Below, in pieces: positions 22,419-32,788 of a stretch of 64,000 nucleotides of DNA (position 1 is its first letter; each line of letters starts with the position of its first letter). The notes under the pieces are model-generated. The model made no database searches. It saw nothing but the letters and a program-made list of their open reading frames with translations, and was not told where the DNA came from. The stretch comes from an uncultured virus (IMG/VR IMGVR_UViG_3300029914_000017) (taxonomy: Duplodnaviria > Heunggongvirae > Uroviricota > Caudoviricetes). Made by a program: the position numbers and the translations under genes. The stretch is taken from IMG/VR virus record IMGVR_UViG_3300029914_000017. One strand, given 5' to 3'.

Positions 22419-24258
22419 GTGGATACTATAAATACGAAAACCCTTTAGAAAAAGGTTATAAAAGTTTTAAATTAACTAAAAAACAACATAATTCGTTATT
22501 TGAACATAGACAAATTAGGTGGATTGATAAGTACGAATATTTTTATAATGGTAAAGATATTATTATTCATAAATTTTATAGCATTCCCTGTGTAATTTTG
22601 TCCACATTATTATTTCCGCTTGGTATATTTAGTAATGGATATTCAGAGGCTAAAGATGATTTGAATAGATTATATCACCAAAAAGAAAGATGTTCATTTA
22701 GTTCAGATAATGTCTGGTACACTAACCCAATATATAATAAAATAATGGAAATAATCAATATCAATGAAAAAAGAAAATAAGCCATTAACACCAACCATAC
22801 CAAATCCTGATATGGAATATATTTATTATGGAAATTCAGGTTCACTTAAATTAAATGATAGAATATCTTACGATATAGGTAAAAAACAAATTGTTAAAAA
22901 TATAAAATTATTAAAAGATGGTAATGGTCACTATAGATATGAATTTGAAATAAAAGAAACAGGTGAAATATTTTACACAGATTGTGGAACATTTTGGTGT
23001 GTAAATAATTTTTACGAAAATACAGATGAGAATAAGCAAAATTTCAAAGATATCAAAAAGCTAAGTAAAAATATTGATAAATTAAAAAAAGAATTTGAAT
23101 TAATTGCATTAAAAATTAAAAAATTATAATATGAAAATAACAGCGTTGGAATATACAGGAGATCAGATAATAATAGATAGCCCTGATTATGGTAAAATAT
23201 TCGGTTGTACGGTTATATTAGATAATTTTTGGTATGATGGTCTATTTGTCTACCCAACAAAAATCTTATGCGATAATGGTGAATCAAGTATCGTTTATAA
23301 TTTTAAACATTTGAAATATGTTTACGACAATGGAAAATATGTTGGTGAAAAATTAAATAGAAGAATTAATAACTATGTTCAAAGACTATTTTAATTATGA
23401 CAATTCCCGAAATAGATTTAAAATTAAAAACCATTAAAATTGAAGGCGGTTGTATTAAGAAAATGACCGTTAGAAATATGTTTTACGTTGGATTTTTTGG
23501 AAAAATTGAAATCATTTGTTACTGGTTAAAATATCATAGAAAAACACCTTTTAAAGATTATCTTGAATTTCAAGTTACTTACGCTCCCGAAAAACAAAAC
23601 GGTTTAGGAATGTATTATTATCAAGATATTGATGCCGAAAAAGAAAAAATAAAATTATGAGCGTTATAACTTATACAAGGCCCGCCAAATGTAAAGACTG
23701 TTTAAATCTTAAATATTTATATGTAGGCAAAAGAAAAGTTCATAAATGTATTATATTTGATGAATATAGAAGATTAAATGATATTGCAAAAGCAGTTTGT
23801 ATAGAAAAAGACATATTTGTATTAAATGAAAATTATTATCCTGAAAAATTATGAATTACCCATTTGAATTTAAAGAATTGTTATTAACAGACTTTGTACT
23901 TACTAAATTAGGCTTTACCCTATATCACGATGGAGCTGGAGACTATGGAACAAGGAGATTGGATTTAGGAAAACGGCCATATTTTGAAATCATTAAAATA
24001 GACGCCAAAGATGATGTTTATGATGGCTATGGTATTACTAAAGAAATTGGATCAGGCCATTATACTCGTGATTGTGAAGATTTATATTTCTTGCACGAAT
24101 TATTTGAAGAAATAGTAGAAGATTGTACTGTTGATGAAGTCAATGTTTTTGTTGAAAAATGTAAGGAAGCTAATTGTTACCCATACTTGGAATCATATTT
24201 GGAATGGAAAATTGAATGGTTGACAAAACGATTAAATAAAACTGAAAATATTCAATAA
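22415..24258 (+). other. Six small hypothetical CDSs (22415-22780, 22764-23129, 23131-23394, 23397-23660, 23657-23854, 23851-24258)
   Basis: Overlapping or abutting ORFs. Confidence 0.7.
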
Positions 24259-24268
24259 ATAATGAAAT

Positions 24269-24499
24269 ATGAAAAAGAAATATAGAGATATCACGGTTGA
24301 CGGTGTGAAATACGCTTGGAATGTTAGAGGTGGATGGAATTGGGAAACAGATGTTTATACAGATGTATATGTTACAATATAGTTGAACAAAAAGATTATT
24401 TATCAAGAAAAACATTTAGATGAAGTTAAACCAAAAGATATTGCTAATATTATTAAAGAAAAAGATTTTAACGCTTTAAACATAAAATGGGTAAACTAA
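24269..24499 (+). pseudogene. Small gene interrupted by one in-frame TAG (24380-24382)
   Basis: MKKKYRDITVDGVKYAW...VYVTI*LNKKIIYQEK...KWVN stop; the frame continues for 38 codons after the TAG. Confidence 0.55.
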
Positions 24500-24578
24500 T
24501 GGAAGAAAAACTTTGTGAAAATGTTCACAAATAAACGAAAATAAATTTGAAATTCTGGTAATTTTTCTATTTTAAAAC

Positions 24579-24586
24579 TATTTATA
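24579..24586 (+). promoter_or_regulatory. Putative phage late promoter (ACTATTTATATTAA)
   Basis: Matches the extended motif at 34204-34219, 47070-47083 and 60935-60948. Confidence 0.55.
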
Positions 24587-24595
24587 TTAAAGAAA

Positions 24596-24692
24596 TATCA
24601 CCTGCAACGTGATAATAAAATATTATAAATCTGGATTAACCATTGGTAGAAAGTTGCAGCTCTACTATTGTGTTTAATCCAGATTTTTTATT
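24596..24692 (+). ncRNA. Candidate kissing-loop RNA / attenuator leader
   Basis: Hairpin TATCAC[CTGCAAC]GTGATA. Second hairpin has a 13-bp outer stem (24627-39/24674-86), a 7-bp inner stem, a loop containing GTTGCAG, and a following T-run. Confidence 0.7.
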
Positions 24693-24724
24693 TATAAAAT
24701 AATAGTGTAGAAAAATTTAAAAGA

Positions 24725-26845
24725 ATGACAAATTATTGCTCGTATGATATTTTAAAAGAAATAGTAAATAAAAGGGGTATTATTTCAAAAATAAATTTTT
24801 TTAAAAGATATAAAGATTTAATAAACGAAACAGGTTTAAAAATTCCTTCCTCACCAAATATTAGTTATAAGAATAATGGGTGGGTTGATTGGGGAACTTT
24901 TTTAAATAACGAAGTAGAATATTATACTTATTCCGAGTTAAAAAAAATAGTAAATGATTTAAACATTTTGAAATGTGAAGATTATTGGAAAATATATAAG
25001 ACACTAACTAATAATAACGGTATAAAAGCGCCAAGAGACCCAAATAGTCATTATTTTAATATAGGATGGGTGAACTGGATAGATTTTTTAGAAAAATCGA
25101 ACATATATTATACATACAATGAATTAAAAGATAAAATAATTGGCCAAGGAATAAAAACGCAAAAAGAATATAATATAATTTATAAAAATTTAGTTAGCGT
25201 AGATGGGAAAAAGGCGCCAGCAAATCCACTGGTATTCTATGGTAAAAATAAATGGAAAAGTTGGGGTAAATTTTTGGGAGATGATGTAGAATATTTCAAT
25301 TATTCAGAATTAAAAAAAAGAGTAATTGAAGAGGGCATCGTAAACAGTAGAGAATATGTAGACCAATATAAAAATCTTAATATAAACAACTTCAAAGCTC
25401 CAAGGTTTCCACAAAAATTTTATAAGGAAAATGGATGGAAGAGTTGGGACGCATTTTTAAAAACGGATGATATAAGCGCAGAGTATTACATATATAATGA
25501 ATTAAAAAATTTAGTTAAAGTTAATAATATAAATACATGTTCTGATTATTGGGATAGATATAAGAGTCTATTTAATAAAGAAAAAATAGCTCCAAGAAAT
25601 CCAGATATGTTTTATTTAAATGGAGAATGGACTGGTTGGGGTGATTTTACCGAAAAAGATGAAAACTATAAACGAGTAATCATAAATCCAAGAGCTAAAA
25701 CAAATTTTTGTACGTATGATGAATTAAAAATAATAATTATTAAACATAAAATACACACTAAAAAAGAGTATAGAAACCAATATAAAAAACTTAAGATAGA
25801 ACATAACTGTTTGATTCCTGGAGATCCAGAATATACCTACTTAAATAGCGGTTGGAATGGTTGGGACTCATTTTCCGAAAAGCCAGATCCAATTAATCCA
25901 AAAATTAAATATATTAAATATAATGAATTAAAAATAATTTTAAAATCTGAAAATATCGAAAATAAATATGATTATTTTGAATTTGCTAAATTATTTAACA
26001 ATAAAAATGAACTAAAAGCACCTCATTTACCAGAAAGCGTTTATTCTAAACTTGGATGGAATGGATGGAATGATTTTCTAAGTACAAACACAAGATATTT
26101 TTCTTATGAAGAATTAAGTAAAATAGTTATCGAAAAAAAAGTTGGTTTATGTGAAGAGTATTATAAAGCATATAAAAGTTTTTCGAAAGGTGGGTTGATA
26201 GCCCCAAATTACCCTAATAAAACATATAAAAATAAATGGATTAGTTGGGGGTCATTCTTAGGAACCGAAAATTTATATTATGATTATGAGGAACTTAAAG
26301 AAGTATTAAAAAAACAAAAAGTAAATAGCAGTGGAGAATATAGGCGAAATTATAAAACGTTAAAAGATGAAAATGGTAGAAAAGCGCCATTTAAACCATA
26401 TATGTTTTATAAAGATAAGGGATGGATTGATTGGTATGATGTGATACCAGATGAATCTTATTTTTTCAATACCCAAAATGTAAAAACAAATAAAAATAAT
26501 GCACGATCTATAAGTATAGGTGAATTTGAAATTATGAAGTTTTTAGATGAAAATAATGTAGAATACAAACATAATAGGCCGATAAAAGGATGTAAATATA
26601 AAAAAGCTTTATTATTCGACTTTCAAATACCAGATAAGAAAATTTGTATAGAATACGATGGAAAACAACATTATTATCCTATAAGTTATTTCGGAGGAGA
26701 AAAAAGTTTTGAAGAAAATAAAATAAGAGATTCTATTAAAGATGAATTTTGTAAAGAAAATAATATTAAAATGATAAGAATACCATATTCACTAAATCAA
26801 AAAGAAGTAAAAGAATTATTAAATAAAGAATTATTAACAAATTAA
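24725..26845 (+). CDS. Nine ~60-aa repeats (phage integrase-repeat-like) fused to a C-terminal Vsr/PD-(D/E)xK-like endonuclease; homing-endonuclease-like
   Basis: Repeat YxxYxELK...Y...(A/I)PxxP...Y...WxxWxxF occurs nine times; C-terminus SIGE...FDF...IEYDGKQHY...RD..K..FC......IRIPY. Confidence 0.8.
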   Translation: MTNYCSYDILKEIVNKRGIISKINFFKRYKDLINETGLKIPSSPNISYKNNGWVDWGTFLNNEVEYYTYSELKKIVNDLNILKCEDYWKIYKTLTNNNGIKAPRDPNSHYFNIGWVNWIDFLEKSNIYYTYNELKDKIIGQGIKTQKEYNIIYKNLVSVDGKKAPANPLVFYGKNKWKSWGKFLGDDVEYFNYSELKKRVIEEGIVNSREYVDQYKNLNINNFKAPRFPQKFYKENGWKSWDAFLKTDDISAEYYIYNELKNLVKVNNINTCSDYWDRYKSLFNKEKIAPRNPDMFYLNGEWTGWGDFTEKDENYKRVIINPRAKTNFCTYDELKIIIIKHKIHTKKEYRNQYKKLKIEHNCLIPGDPEYTYLNSGWNGWDSFSEKPDPINPKIKYIKYNELKIILKSENIENKYDYFEFAKLFNNKNELKAPHLPESVYSKLGWNGWNDFLSTNTRYFSYEELSKIVIEKKVGLCEEYYKAYKSFSKGGLIAPNYPNKTYKNKWISWGSFLGTENLYYDYEELKEVLKKQKVNSSGEYRRNYKTLKDENGRKAPFKPYMFYKDKGWIDWYDVIPDESYFFNTQNVKTNKNNARSISIGEFEIMKFLDENNVEYKHNRPIKGCKYKKALLFDFQIPDKKICIEYDGKQHYYPISYFGGEKSFEENKIRDSIKDEFCKENNIKMIRIPYSLNQKEVKELLNKELLTN

Positions 26846-26857
26846 ATTTTAAAACAA

Positions 26858-28042
26858 ATGTCAAGTCAACCCATACCAAAAATCGTTCGAGATAATAATG
26901 TAATTGAGGACAAACCAATATTCACACTTCTAATAGACTCAAATAGCTTATTAGAGCATTGCTTTCATGGTTGTAAGAAATTAAATTCAAAGGGTGAAGA
27001 GTATGGCGCTATTTTCCAATTCATCTTACAGCTCAAGATATTGATTTCCAAGAAGGCATTTGACAGAATTATATGTGTATGGGATGGTGATTTGGGAGGC
27101 GCTCTTAGAACTGCGTATCTTCCTGAATATAAGGCTAATAGACTAAAGGATTTTAATATAGAGGAGGTTAGATCGGAATATTACGATAAGATGGATGCTT
27201 TTGTTAAAAAAACATTAGAATATAGTAGAAAAAATAAAGATAAAATACAAGCAAAATTATCAGAAAAAGAAGATTTTCATAGACAACGTAATATTTTGAT
27301 GTCATATTTAGAAGAACTTTTTATTACACAGATCCCACCTTGTGACAAAATGGAAGCCGATGACATTATAAGTTATTATGTATGGCATCGCCAAAAGAAT
27401 GAAAAAATATATGTAGTTAGTGGAGATTTAGATCTAATGCAGCTTCTGGTAGAAGATGAAGTGGCGATTTATGTACCAAGAAACAAAGCCTTCGTTAGTA
27501 CCAAGACATTTAAATCAACCTACAACTACGACTATAGAAACGTATTGTTGATTAAACAATTTTGTGGAGATACAAGTGACAACATCAAGGGTATCAAACA
27601 ATTAGGTTCTGATACACTACTAAAAATAATGCCAGAGATAGTTGATAGGCCAGTAAAATTGTATGAAGTCCTAACAAGAGTTAAAGAATTAAAACAACAA
27701 CGTATTGTTGAAAAGAAAAAACCATTGATGGTATATGAAAATATATTAAATCAAAAATCGGATGGGATGCATGATGGAAATGTATATGAGATAAATGACA
27801 TTGTAATGAATTTAAAAAAGCCACTACTAACCGAAGAAGCATTAACTTTATTAACCGATATGATGCACGTTCCAATAGATCCAGAAGGACGTTCCCTCGC
27901 AAACCTATACAAACTTATGCTACGTGATGGAATTGATGAACTACTTAATGAAAACAAGTTTAGTTCTTTTTTCGCAACATTTTCACAGTTACGTATTAAC
28001 GAGACTAAGATGTATGAAAAATGGGTTAAAGAAAATAATTAA
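26858..28042 (+). CDS. 5'-3' exonuclease / flap endonuclease (T4 RNase H, Pol I N-domain family)
   Basis: LLIDSN, WDG, YKANR, EADD, SGDLD, GDTSDNIKGI. Confidence 0.9.
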   Translation: MSSQPIPKIVRDNNVIEDKPIFTLLIDSNSLLEHCFHGCKKLNSKGEEYGAIFQFILQLKILISKKAFDRIICVWDGDLGGALRTAYLPEYKANRLKDFNIEEVRSEYYDKMDAFVKKTLEYSRKNKDKIQAKLSEKEDFHRQRNILMSYLEELFITQIPPCDKMEADDIISYYVWHRQKNEKIYVVSGDLDLMQLLVEDEVAIYVPRNKAFVSTKTFKSTYNYDYRNVLLIKQFCGDTSDNIKGIKQLGSDTLLKIMPEIVDRPVKLYEVLTRVKELKQQRIVEKKKPLMVYENILNQKSDGMHDGNVYEINDIVMNLKKPLLTEEALTLLTDMMHVPIDPEGRSLANLYKLMLRDGIDELLNENKFSSFFATFSQLRINETKMYEKWVKENN

Positions 28043-28077
28043 AAACTTGTTTATTTAAAATATTTTTAGTACATTTG
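28042..28077 (+). promoter_or_regulatory. Early promoter, Bacteroidota sigma-70 type
   Basis: AAAACTTG-N20-TACATTTG. Confidence 0.8.
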
Positions 28078-28091
28078 CTTAAATATAAGTT

Positions 28092-28265
28092 ATGGAAGAA
28101 ATAAAATATCTTACAATAAAGGAAGTTGCCGCTTTATACGGTGAAAAGATTAAATTCAAGTTATTATCACCAGACGGTTGTGATTGGATAGTAGTTGAGA
28201 TGGTGGTTAGTTCAAGCACACTTAGAGAAATGGAAAATAGGTCAATAAAAGATTGTTATAAATAA
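28092..28265 (+). CDS. Small hypothetical protein (57 aa, not in track)
   Basis: MEEIKYLTIKEVAALYGEK...; first ORF after the promoter. Confidence 0.6.
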   Translation: MEEIKYLTIKEVAALYGEKIKFKLLSPDGCDWIVVEMVVSSSTLREMENRSIKDCYK

Positions 28266-28272
28266 TTAAAAT

Positions 28273-28434
28273 ATGGAAGACGAAGATAAAAAAGTAGAAT
28301 GTTCCGAGTGTGGCGATGTACATAAATGGAGCGAAAGAAAAATGAAAATTAGGGGTTATTTTAAATGCTATTATTGCCCAAAATGCGGTGAGGAATCATA
28401 TGTAGAACCAAAAGAAGTAGATAAAATTTTATAA
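28273..28434 (+). CDS. Small zinc-ribbon protein (53 aa, not in track)
   Basis: CSECG...CPKCG. Confidence 0.7.
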   Translation: MEDEDKKVECSECGDVHKWSERKMKIRGYFKCYYCPKCGEESYVEPKEVDKIL

Positions 28435-28443
28435 AGTAAAAAT

Positions 28444-28767
28444 ATGAGTGAATATTATATAATAGATAAATGCCCCAAATGCGGAATTGAAATTCCAGTA
28501 ATGGTTGGTTATCATAGTGGTTTTGATGCGTGTTTAGAAGGAGAAATCAATGTTGAATGTCCAGATACTGATTGTAAAGAAAAATTTAGAAGCGGTTTAG
28601 ATCATATAGAAGGTAAAGAGCAATATGAAATAAATGATTCACAAATACCAGATAACGTGATTAACGTTCTAATAACTAAGATCAAAAATGAAAACATAAA
28701 AGAAAGAGACGCTTTTATTTTATTAAATCAACTCGAAGTCAATCAAATAAGATCAAATAAAATATGA
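28444..28767 (+). CDS. Zinc-ribbon protein
   Basis: CPKCG...CPDTDC. Confidence 0.6.
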   Translation: MSEYYIIDKCPKCGIEIPVMVGYHSGFDACLEGEINVECPDTDCKEKFRSGLDHIEGKEQYEINDSQIPDNVINVLITKIKNENIKERDAFILLNQLEVNQIRSNKI

Positions 28768-29279
28768 AATATGATGTAATTTATGCCGATCCTGCATGGC
28801 AATATAGTTTTTCAAAATCAACAAGCAGAGCAATTGAGAATAAATATCCAACGATGACCGTTGATGAAATATGTTCACTAAATGTTCCTTCAGCCGATAA
28901 TTCAGTACTTTATTTGTGGGCTACAGCTCCAAAATTGCTTGAAGCATTAAAAGTTATAGAAGCGTGGGGATTCACATATAAAACTCAGGCGGTTTGGGAC
29001 AAAGAAGTTAAAGGTATGGGTTATTGGTTCCGTGGACAACATGAGATATTAATTGTTGCTACCAAAGGGAAATTCTCTCCACCTATTCCAAGTCTACGCG
29101 ATAGTAGTGTAATACGTGAGAAAAGAACTCAGCATAGTAAAAAACCTTTAATAGTACGCGAAATGATCGAAAAATGGTTTCCAAATGCCAATAGATTGGA
29201 AATGTTTGCCAGGACGACAGCTGAAAATTGGAGTTCGTGGGGTAATGAAGTTGAAGGAGGGATAGAAATTGGAGATTAA
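28764..29279 (+). CDS. MT-A70 family adenine methyltransferase
   Basis: YDVIYADPAW, LYLWAT, WGFTYK, HSKKP, LEMFAR, WGNE. Confidence 0.9.
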   Translation: MKYDVIYADPAWQYSFSKSTSRAIENKYPTMTVDEICSLNVPSADNSVLYLWATAPKLLEALKVIEAWGFTYKTQAVWDKEVKGMGYWFRGQHEILIVATKGKFSPPIPSLRDSSVIREKRTQHSKKPLIVREMIEKWFPNANRLEMFARTTAENWSSWGNEVEGGIEIGD

Positions 29280-30048
29280 TAAGTTTTATAATGAAGATTG
29301 TTTGGTAACAATGTCGCATATGTCCGATGAATTTATTGATTTAACGGTAACATCACCTCCATATGATAAATTAAGAACATATAACGGGTATTGTTTTGAT
29401 TTTGAAAATGTAGCTAAAGAATTATATAGAGTTACAAAAGATGGTGGTGTGGTAGTTTGGATAGTTGGTGATGCGACAGTTAAAGGTAGTGAATCTGGAA
29501 CAAGTTTCAAGCAAGCACTATATTTTAAGGAATGTGGATTCAATTTACATGATACGATGATATACGAGAAACCTCCGCGTGGGGCTTGTGGAAATAACAA
29601 ATCGTATTGGCAGACTTTTGAATATATGTTTGTATTTTCTAAGGGTAAAATCGGAACTATAAATCTACTTATAGACAGAGAAAACAAAGAGTCCAGAAAT
29701 GGAGATAATGGGACTAAGAGATTAACAGATGGAACTCTTAAACAAGTTTCTCGTGGTGGATATGGTGCGTTTGGTAGAAGAACTAATATATGGAAGTATG
29801 AAGTAGGAAAAGGCAAAAGTAGTTTAGATAAAATATCATTTCAACACCCAGCTATATTTCCAGAACAATTAGCTAATGATCACATTCTTAGTTGGTCTGA
29901 TGAAGGTGATTTAGTTTATGATCCATTTATGGGAAGTGGAACTACCGCTAAAATGGCAATATTAAATAATCGCGAATGGGTCGGTAGTGAAATATCAGGA
30001 GAATATTGTGACATAATTAATAAACGTATAGAAAAGTATGAACGATGA
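29269..30048 (+). CDS. N4-C/N6-A DNA methyltransferase (beta class), orphan
   Basis: TSPPY, HPAIFP, DPFMGSGTT. Confidence 0.9.
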   Translation: MEINKFYNEDCLVTMSHMSDEFIDLTVTSPPYDKLRTYNGYCFDFENVAKELYRVTKDGGVVVWIVGDATVKGSESGTSFKQALYFKECGFNLHDTMIYEKPPRGACGNNKSYWQTFEYMFVFSKGKIGTINLLIDRENKESRNGDNGTKRLTDGTLKQVSRGGYGAFGRRTNIWKYEVGKGKSSLDKISFQHPAIFPEQLANDHILSWSDEGDLVYDPFMGSGTTAKMAILNNREWVGSEISGEYCDIINKRIEKYER

Positions 30049-30487
30049 AAATCTATTAATCTGGTACATGAAAGGATTCAAAGATGAATTGAATGGTTCC
30101 ACAACAGTTGAATCAAATTATGAGCTTGAAAATATAGCTTACAAATTGGGAGCACAACACGCTACAATGGGAGAAGGGTTAAGAAGTATTGTTTATTTAT
30201 CAGACAAACAAATTTTAAAATTAATTAAAAATCGTGAATAAAATAATGGAATCACTTATTAAACGTCTTGATAATTCAAAAATAACATTTGGATTACGCG
30301 AAGAACAAATTGTATATATTGAGAATGAACTTAAAAGATTTGGGAGTACTGAAATTAACGCAAAATATTCAAAATATATTTGGGAAAAATTAGGTGTAGA
30401 ATTATATTGGGAACCGTTTACACTGGCGCTATGTTATTTTGAATACTTAGACAGGATAGAATTATTAAACAATTTAAAGAAGAATCA

Positions 30488-30895
30488 ATGAAAGTATCGT
30501 TTGATTACGACTCAACACTTAGTGAAGATTACGTTGAAGATTATGCTAAAACATTAGTCGATGATGGGCACGAAGTTTGGCTTGTTACCTCACGTTTAGG
30601 AAATGGAAAAGAACCAAATCCACATTGGAATGATGATTTATACGAATGTGCTTCACGCGTAGGAATTAGTAAAGAACACATTTACTTTTGCTCTATGGCC
30701 AATAAATCAGAATTTTTAAAAGATAAAGGGTTTTTATGGCATTTAGATGATGATGTAATAGAATTATCGTTTATTAGAACAGACACAGATGTATTTCCAA
30801 TATATCATAATCGAGGAAATGGTTGGAGATTGTATTGTGATGATTTAATTAGGATTGTTTCAATTTACGAAGAACGAACGATAGAAGAATATTAG
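30488..30895 (+). CDS. HAD-superfamily phosphatase-like protein
   Basis: FDYDSTL, VTSR, K, HLDDD. Confidence 0.7.
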   Translation: MKVSFDYDSTLSEDYVEDYAKTLVDDGHEVWLVTSRLGNGKEPNPHWNDDLYECASRVGISKEHIYFCSMANKSEFLKDKGFLWHLDDDVIELSFIRTDTDVFPIYHNRGNGWRLYCDDLIRIVSIYEERTIEEY

Positions 30896-30950
30896 TTTAA
30901 TAAAAATAAAAATCATGTTTAATAAAAATAAAAATCATGTTAAATAAAAA
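30895..30950 (+). repeat. 22-bp tandem duplication GTTTAATAAAAATAAAAATCAT x2 plus a partial third copy
   Basis: Seen directly; spans the start of 30937. Confidence 0.85.
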
Positions 30951-32646
30951 CGTAAACAAACCAATGTCACAGCAAGAATGTGTTGACTTTTTAAACGAAA
31001 GAGGAGTTCAAATTATTTATGAACCAAGAGCTTTGCTTCCAGAATATAGAGATTCATATTCTTTAACTAATATGTCAGTTTTCGAAGCGGTTGATAAATT
31101 TTATATATGGGATCAAACGAATTCTTTTATGGATAATTATCATCATGGAAAATAAATACTTTTTTAGGGTTGAATTTTCTATTGAGGATGGAACGTTTAG
31201 TTCGCCAGAAGAAGTTTTAAAAATGAATCTATGGGCCACTAAAGCTACACACAAAATTGGAAGCTATACATATGAGTTTCAAGGAATAGAAAAAGGGCAA
31301 CATTTTACAGAAATGGATTTAGTTTATTTATTAAAAATATACACGAATTTAAACAAAAATGAATTACAAGCATATTTTAACGAGCATTCAATTAATTCAG
31401 AATCTTATAAAATTTTATAAATATGGAAAATAGATTTGGAAACATCGATTTAGGTTGGAATGGTTGGTTTGATGATTTACCAGTTATTCCATATGTCGAG
31501 GATAATTCCGAGGAAGGCAAAAAACTTGCAGATATGTTCATAGAATTTGATGATTGGTATAATAGCGTGATTAAATTAGAAATTGAAGCAAAAAACAAAT
31601 TATGAAAAAATTAGAAGAAGAATTAAATGATATTTGGATAGAAAGAATAGAAAGAGATAAAGAATTGATTAAAATATCCGATTTATACCCATATTCTAAG
31701 ATAAATCTCAAAAAGAAAAGAAATCTTAAAAAATTTAATAAAAATGTAGAGAGATATGTATCACATAGAGTTTATATGAAATATTTTGGCATTTTAGTGA
31801 CTACACCATTAATGAGATCTTCCTATCAAATATTTTCACAAGATTTGGTTCGTGTGGAACCAATTAACGATTGTAAAATCAACTTAGTTTATCTTGATTA
31901 ATATGAAAATACCAGAAAAAGAACTCGATATATTAAATGATAGATTATTTAATTATTATTTTAAGGAAGGCGAAGAGGTTATGTTTGACCCAAATTTAAT
32001 TAAATATTATATTAAAAATTTTAAATTTGATAAAAAATTAATTACCGCATTTATAGGTAGAAAAGGTATAATTGAAAGTTGTACTTCTGACTGTGATTGT
32101 TACCCTCGTGGTTCAACATGGTTATGTACTGTAAGATTTGGTGAATCATTTATGAACTACTTTACTTTTACCTCAATGTCTGGATGTTTTATACCTTATA
32201 AAGCACCAAATACTAACAACATCCCATCACCAAAAATTAATGATTGAACGAAATAGTTTAAAATTTCCGCCAGAACTATATTAATAGTATAGAATGAGCA
32301 ACTAAAATAAACAATACAAATGAAAAAAGAATTAGAAATACCATATTTTAAAGGAAAGCCACAATATTGGCAAGGAGATAGAAATGACGAAATGAGGCCA
32401 AATACACCATTTACCGAAACTCTTAAATTTCTGACATATTCGAGAGGAAATAGTTCCGCAAAATTAATATTTGTGAAACTGAAAGATTATCCAAAATTTG
32501 AAAAAGATCATTTTTATGATGGGATTCAATATGAGGTATTTATGACCGATATCAAAGATATTATAAACAAAATGGTTAACGGGATAATTGAAGCTGAATT
32601 TATGTTTGTTAAACGTGGACAAAATTTTGGGATACAAATATTTTAA
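30937..32646 (+). other. Small hypothetical CDSs (30937-31155, ~31145-31420, 31423-31605, 31602-31901, ~31903-32247, 32320-32646)
   Basis: Abutting ORFs. Confidence 0.65.
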
Positions 32647-32675
32647 AAAATATTTTTCTCTCTATTTATGTTAAA

Positions 32676-32755
32676 TTGAAACCTTGTGATTGCTATGGTA
32701 ACGTATAAATGATGCGTTAAGTTGGAAATAAAACAACCAACAATTACTATAACAA
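32676..32755 (+). ncRNA. Structured 5' leader (three-way junction) whose 5' end pairs with the 3' UTR at 33664-33677
   Basis: Stems 32694-701/32744-51, 32702-06/32712-16 and 32721-25/32737-41; preceded by TATTTATG at 32663-70. Confidence 0.55.
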
Positions 32756-32788
32756 ATAAAATAATAAATAAAAATAATAAGGAAAAAA

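Noticed and set aside
32694..32751. Hammerhead ribozyme in the three-way-junction leader
   Set aside because: The CUGANGA and GAAA core positions are not present at the junctions.
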